Source of the DNA: a virus | Lineage: Duplodnaviria > Caudoviricetes | Strand: one strand, 5' to 3' | Length of the DNA stretch: 25,758 nucleotides | IMG/VR virus record: IMGVR_UViG_3300005805_000430 | Location: 1 to 25,758 of that record | Part shown: piece after piece, positions 24,381 to 25,758 of the stretch | Layout of the letters: every line of letters starts with the position of its first letter | Position numbering within the stretch: position 1 is the stretch's first letter | Program-made: the position numbers and the translations under genes | The notes under the pieces: generated by a model | Databases searched by the model: none | The model's input: only the letters and a program-made list of their open reading frames with translations | What the model was told of the DNA's origin: nothing

Positions 24381-25372
24381 AATACGGTCAATTCAACCTC
24401 TACGTTTCCATCAACCTTCTTGGCCACCGCCCAGCCATTGTCCCATCCGGCATATGGATTATACTGCGCAGACTTACGGCAAAAGGCCGGTGTCACCCAT
24501 CCATGACCATATTTGCCATCCTTTGACCTGCGGCTTGTATGGACATCCTGCCTGTGGCAATGTGAAGCAAGTATCTTGACATCATATTTTCCTTTAAATG
24601 TCTGCCACTTGTCTACAAATCCACCGGCAGGAAACTTACCGGCACCAAAACCTGAAGAGAACTCATGACCGTGAATGATGTCAAGGTCACCGAATTGGAT
24701 ATATTTTAAATTGTGTATGTAGTGAACATTCAGATTATTAAGCTCAAGTAGGTTTTCCAATTCAAGACCTTTTAATCTAAATATCTCTCTTGCGTTGGTA
24801 AGCAGATACCTTTCAAGCCAAAAGTCGTGATTACCGGCCTTAAAGTAAACGTGATTAAACTCCTGTTTTAAGCCTATTAGTATTTGCCTACAGATTGCCA
24901 ATTCCTTCTCATAATCAACAACATTATGATGTTTCAGATGCCGAGATAGACTTTCAGAATCAAGCAGATCACCATTGATGAGCAAGGCAGTCTTATCCTT
25001 CGCTTGCTTTAAAAACCTTGTCATTACAGATGCATCCATATGAACTGAATGCAAGTCTGCAATGATATTCAAGGTATTTAAGCCTGTAGGCATCACAAAT
25101 GGTGCATCCCAAGGCCTTAATTCAGTATTAAGGTTCTCAGTCACCCAGGTTTCAAAACCGCTATAATAAAACTTTGTGAGTGTTGGACTTGAAAGCTGAT
25201 TCCGCTTTTGGTCACCATTTGATCCGGTCACATAACGAACTGTTGACCTTGCATCCTCCAAGTCTAAAAACTTATCCGGATGCCTTTCAAGCAATATGGC
25301 GGCAAGACCTTTTTTGGATTTTAATCCAATTTCATTGATAAGGTTTCTTGCTAAATCAGCTTTCGCTGTCAT
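24377..25372 (-). CDS. Calcineurin-like metallophosphoesterase
   Basis: ADLH, NGDLLD, GNHD, HGHE, SHCHR metal-binding motifs. Confidence 0.9.
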   Translation of the reverse strand: MTAKADLARNLINEIGLKSKKGLAAILLERHPDKFLDLEDARSTVRYVTGSNGDQKRNQLSSPTLTKFYYSGFETWVTENLNTELRPWDAPFVMPTGLNTLNIIADLHSVHMDASVMTRFLKQAKDKTALLINGDLLDSESLSRHLKHHNVVDYEKELAICRQILIGLKQEFNHVYFKAGNHDFWLERYLLTNAREIFRLKGLELENLLELNNLNVHYIHNLKYIQFGDLDIIHGHEFSSGFGAGKFPAGGFVDKWQTFKGKYDVKILASHCHRQDVHTSRRSKDGKYGHGWVTPAFCRKSAQYNPYAGWDNGWAVAKKVDGNVEVELTVL

Positions 25373-25497
25373 TCCTCAGCAGCTTTTTGCTGTAGTTCAG
25401 CAATCTTCTGATTAATTTCAGCCAGTTTCTTTTGCCAGAACTCAAGTGCAGCGAGCGCATCGTAAGCCTGTGCTTTCAATTCTTTAATGTCTTCCAT
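25369..25497 (-). CDS. Small coiled-coil protein, 42 aa
   Basis: Not in ORF track. MEDIKELKAQAYDALAALEFWQKKLAEINQKIAELQQKAAEE; ATGA overlap with the phosphoesterase. Confidence 0.7.
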   Translation of the reverse strand: MEDIKELKAQAYDALAALEFWQKKLAEINQKIAELQQKAAEE

Positions 25498-25500
25498 GTG

Positions 25501-25758
25501 TCAAAGTTCAGTATTTTCTTGATTCTCTACATAATCTCCGGTGATTATAAGCCCCAATTGACCGGCAATCCAGTCCCAAGCATATTCGTTCTGCTCCCAT
25601 CCTTGGTAAGCATCTCCGCCCATGCTTAGATTTCCTTCTGCAAGGTTTTCTTTGTTCTCGTTTAGAAGTGCGTAGTAAAAGGTCGCTGAGTCTTTAATGT
25701 TATCAGAGACCACGTAAGAGTTAAGAATAGAAGCCTCCTTGAGACCTCCATTTTTCCA
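25501..25758 (-). CDS. Probable tail-fibre-associated small protein, C-terminal part (start outside window)
   Basis: Frame open to the window edge: WKNGGLKEASILNSYVVSDNIKDSATFYYALL...GNLSMGGDAYQGW...AWDWIAGQLGL. Confidence 0.55.
   Translation of the reverse strand, partial: WKNGGLKEASILNSYVVSDNIKDSATFYYALLNENKENLAEGNLSMGGDAYQGWEQNEYAWDWIAGQLGLIITGDYVENQENTEL

Noticed and set aside
1421-25629. Remaining short antisense or nested ORFs in the track (e.g. 1421..1732, 6263..6610, 11519..11833, 20616..20972, 24324..24579, 25432..25629)
   Set aside because: They overlap well-supported genes and show no motifs or translational coupling.

Overview
This window is a contiguous piece of a tailed dsDNA phage, most likely an HK97-type siphovirus. 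Bacteroidota is the probable host, based on several TAnnTTTG -7 promoter boxes, A-rich leaders without Shine-Dalgarno motifs and a DUF4373-like replication initiator. The minus strand of 1-10.4 kb is the morphogenesis operon: terS, terL, portal, protease, capsid, head-tail proteins, tail tube and frameshifted tail chaperones, with a glycosyltransferase inserted among the head-tail genes. 10.45-12.43 kb lies between terS and the packaging HNH and is the probable cos/genome-end region. It carries an oppositely oriented GP88-like cassette, an array of CTAAC-N4-RTTAG palindromes and a ~360-bp helically phased AT-tract segment. 12.4-17.9 kb (minus) holds HNH, a sugar-modification set (AsnB-like amidotransferase, second glycosyltransferase, PIG-L deacetylase, LpxD-like acyltransferase) and an M15 endolysin. 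18-24 kb (plus) is the early module: ERF, YqaJ, a two-frame split C5 methyltransferase with repeated TRD-like modules, and an initiator with internal iterons. 24.1-25.8 kb (minus) looks like the distal end of the late operon. No integrase, tRNA or CRISPR array was seen. All family assignments come from motif recognition by eye, not database searches.
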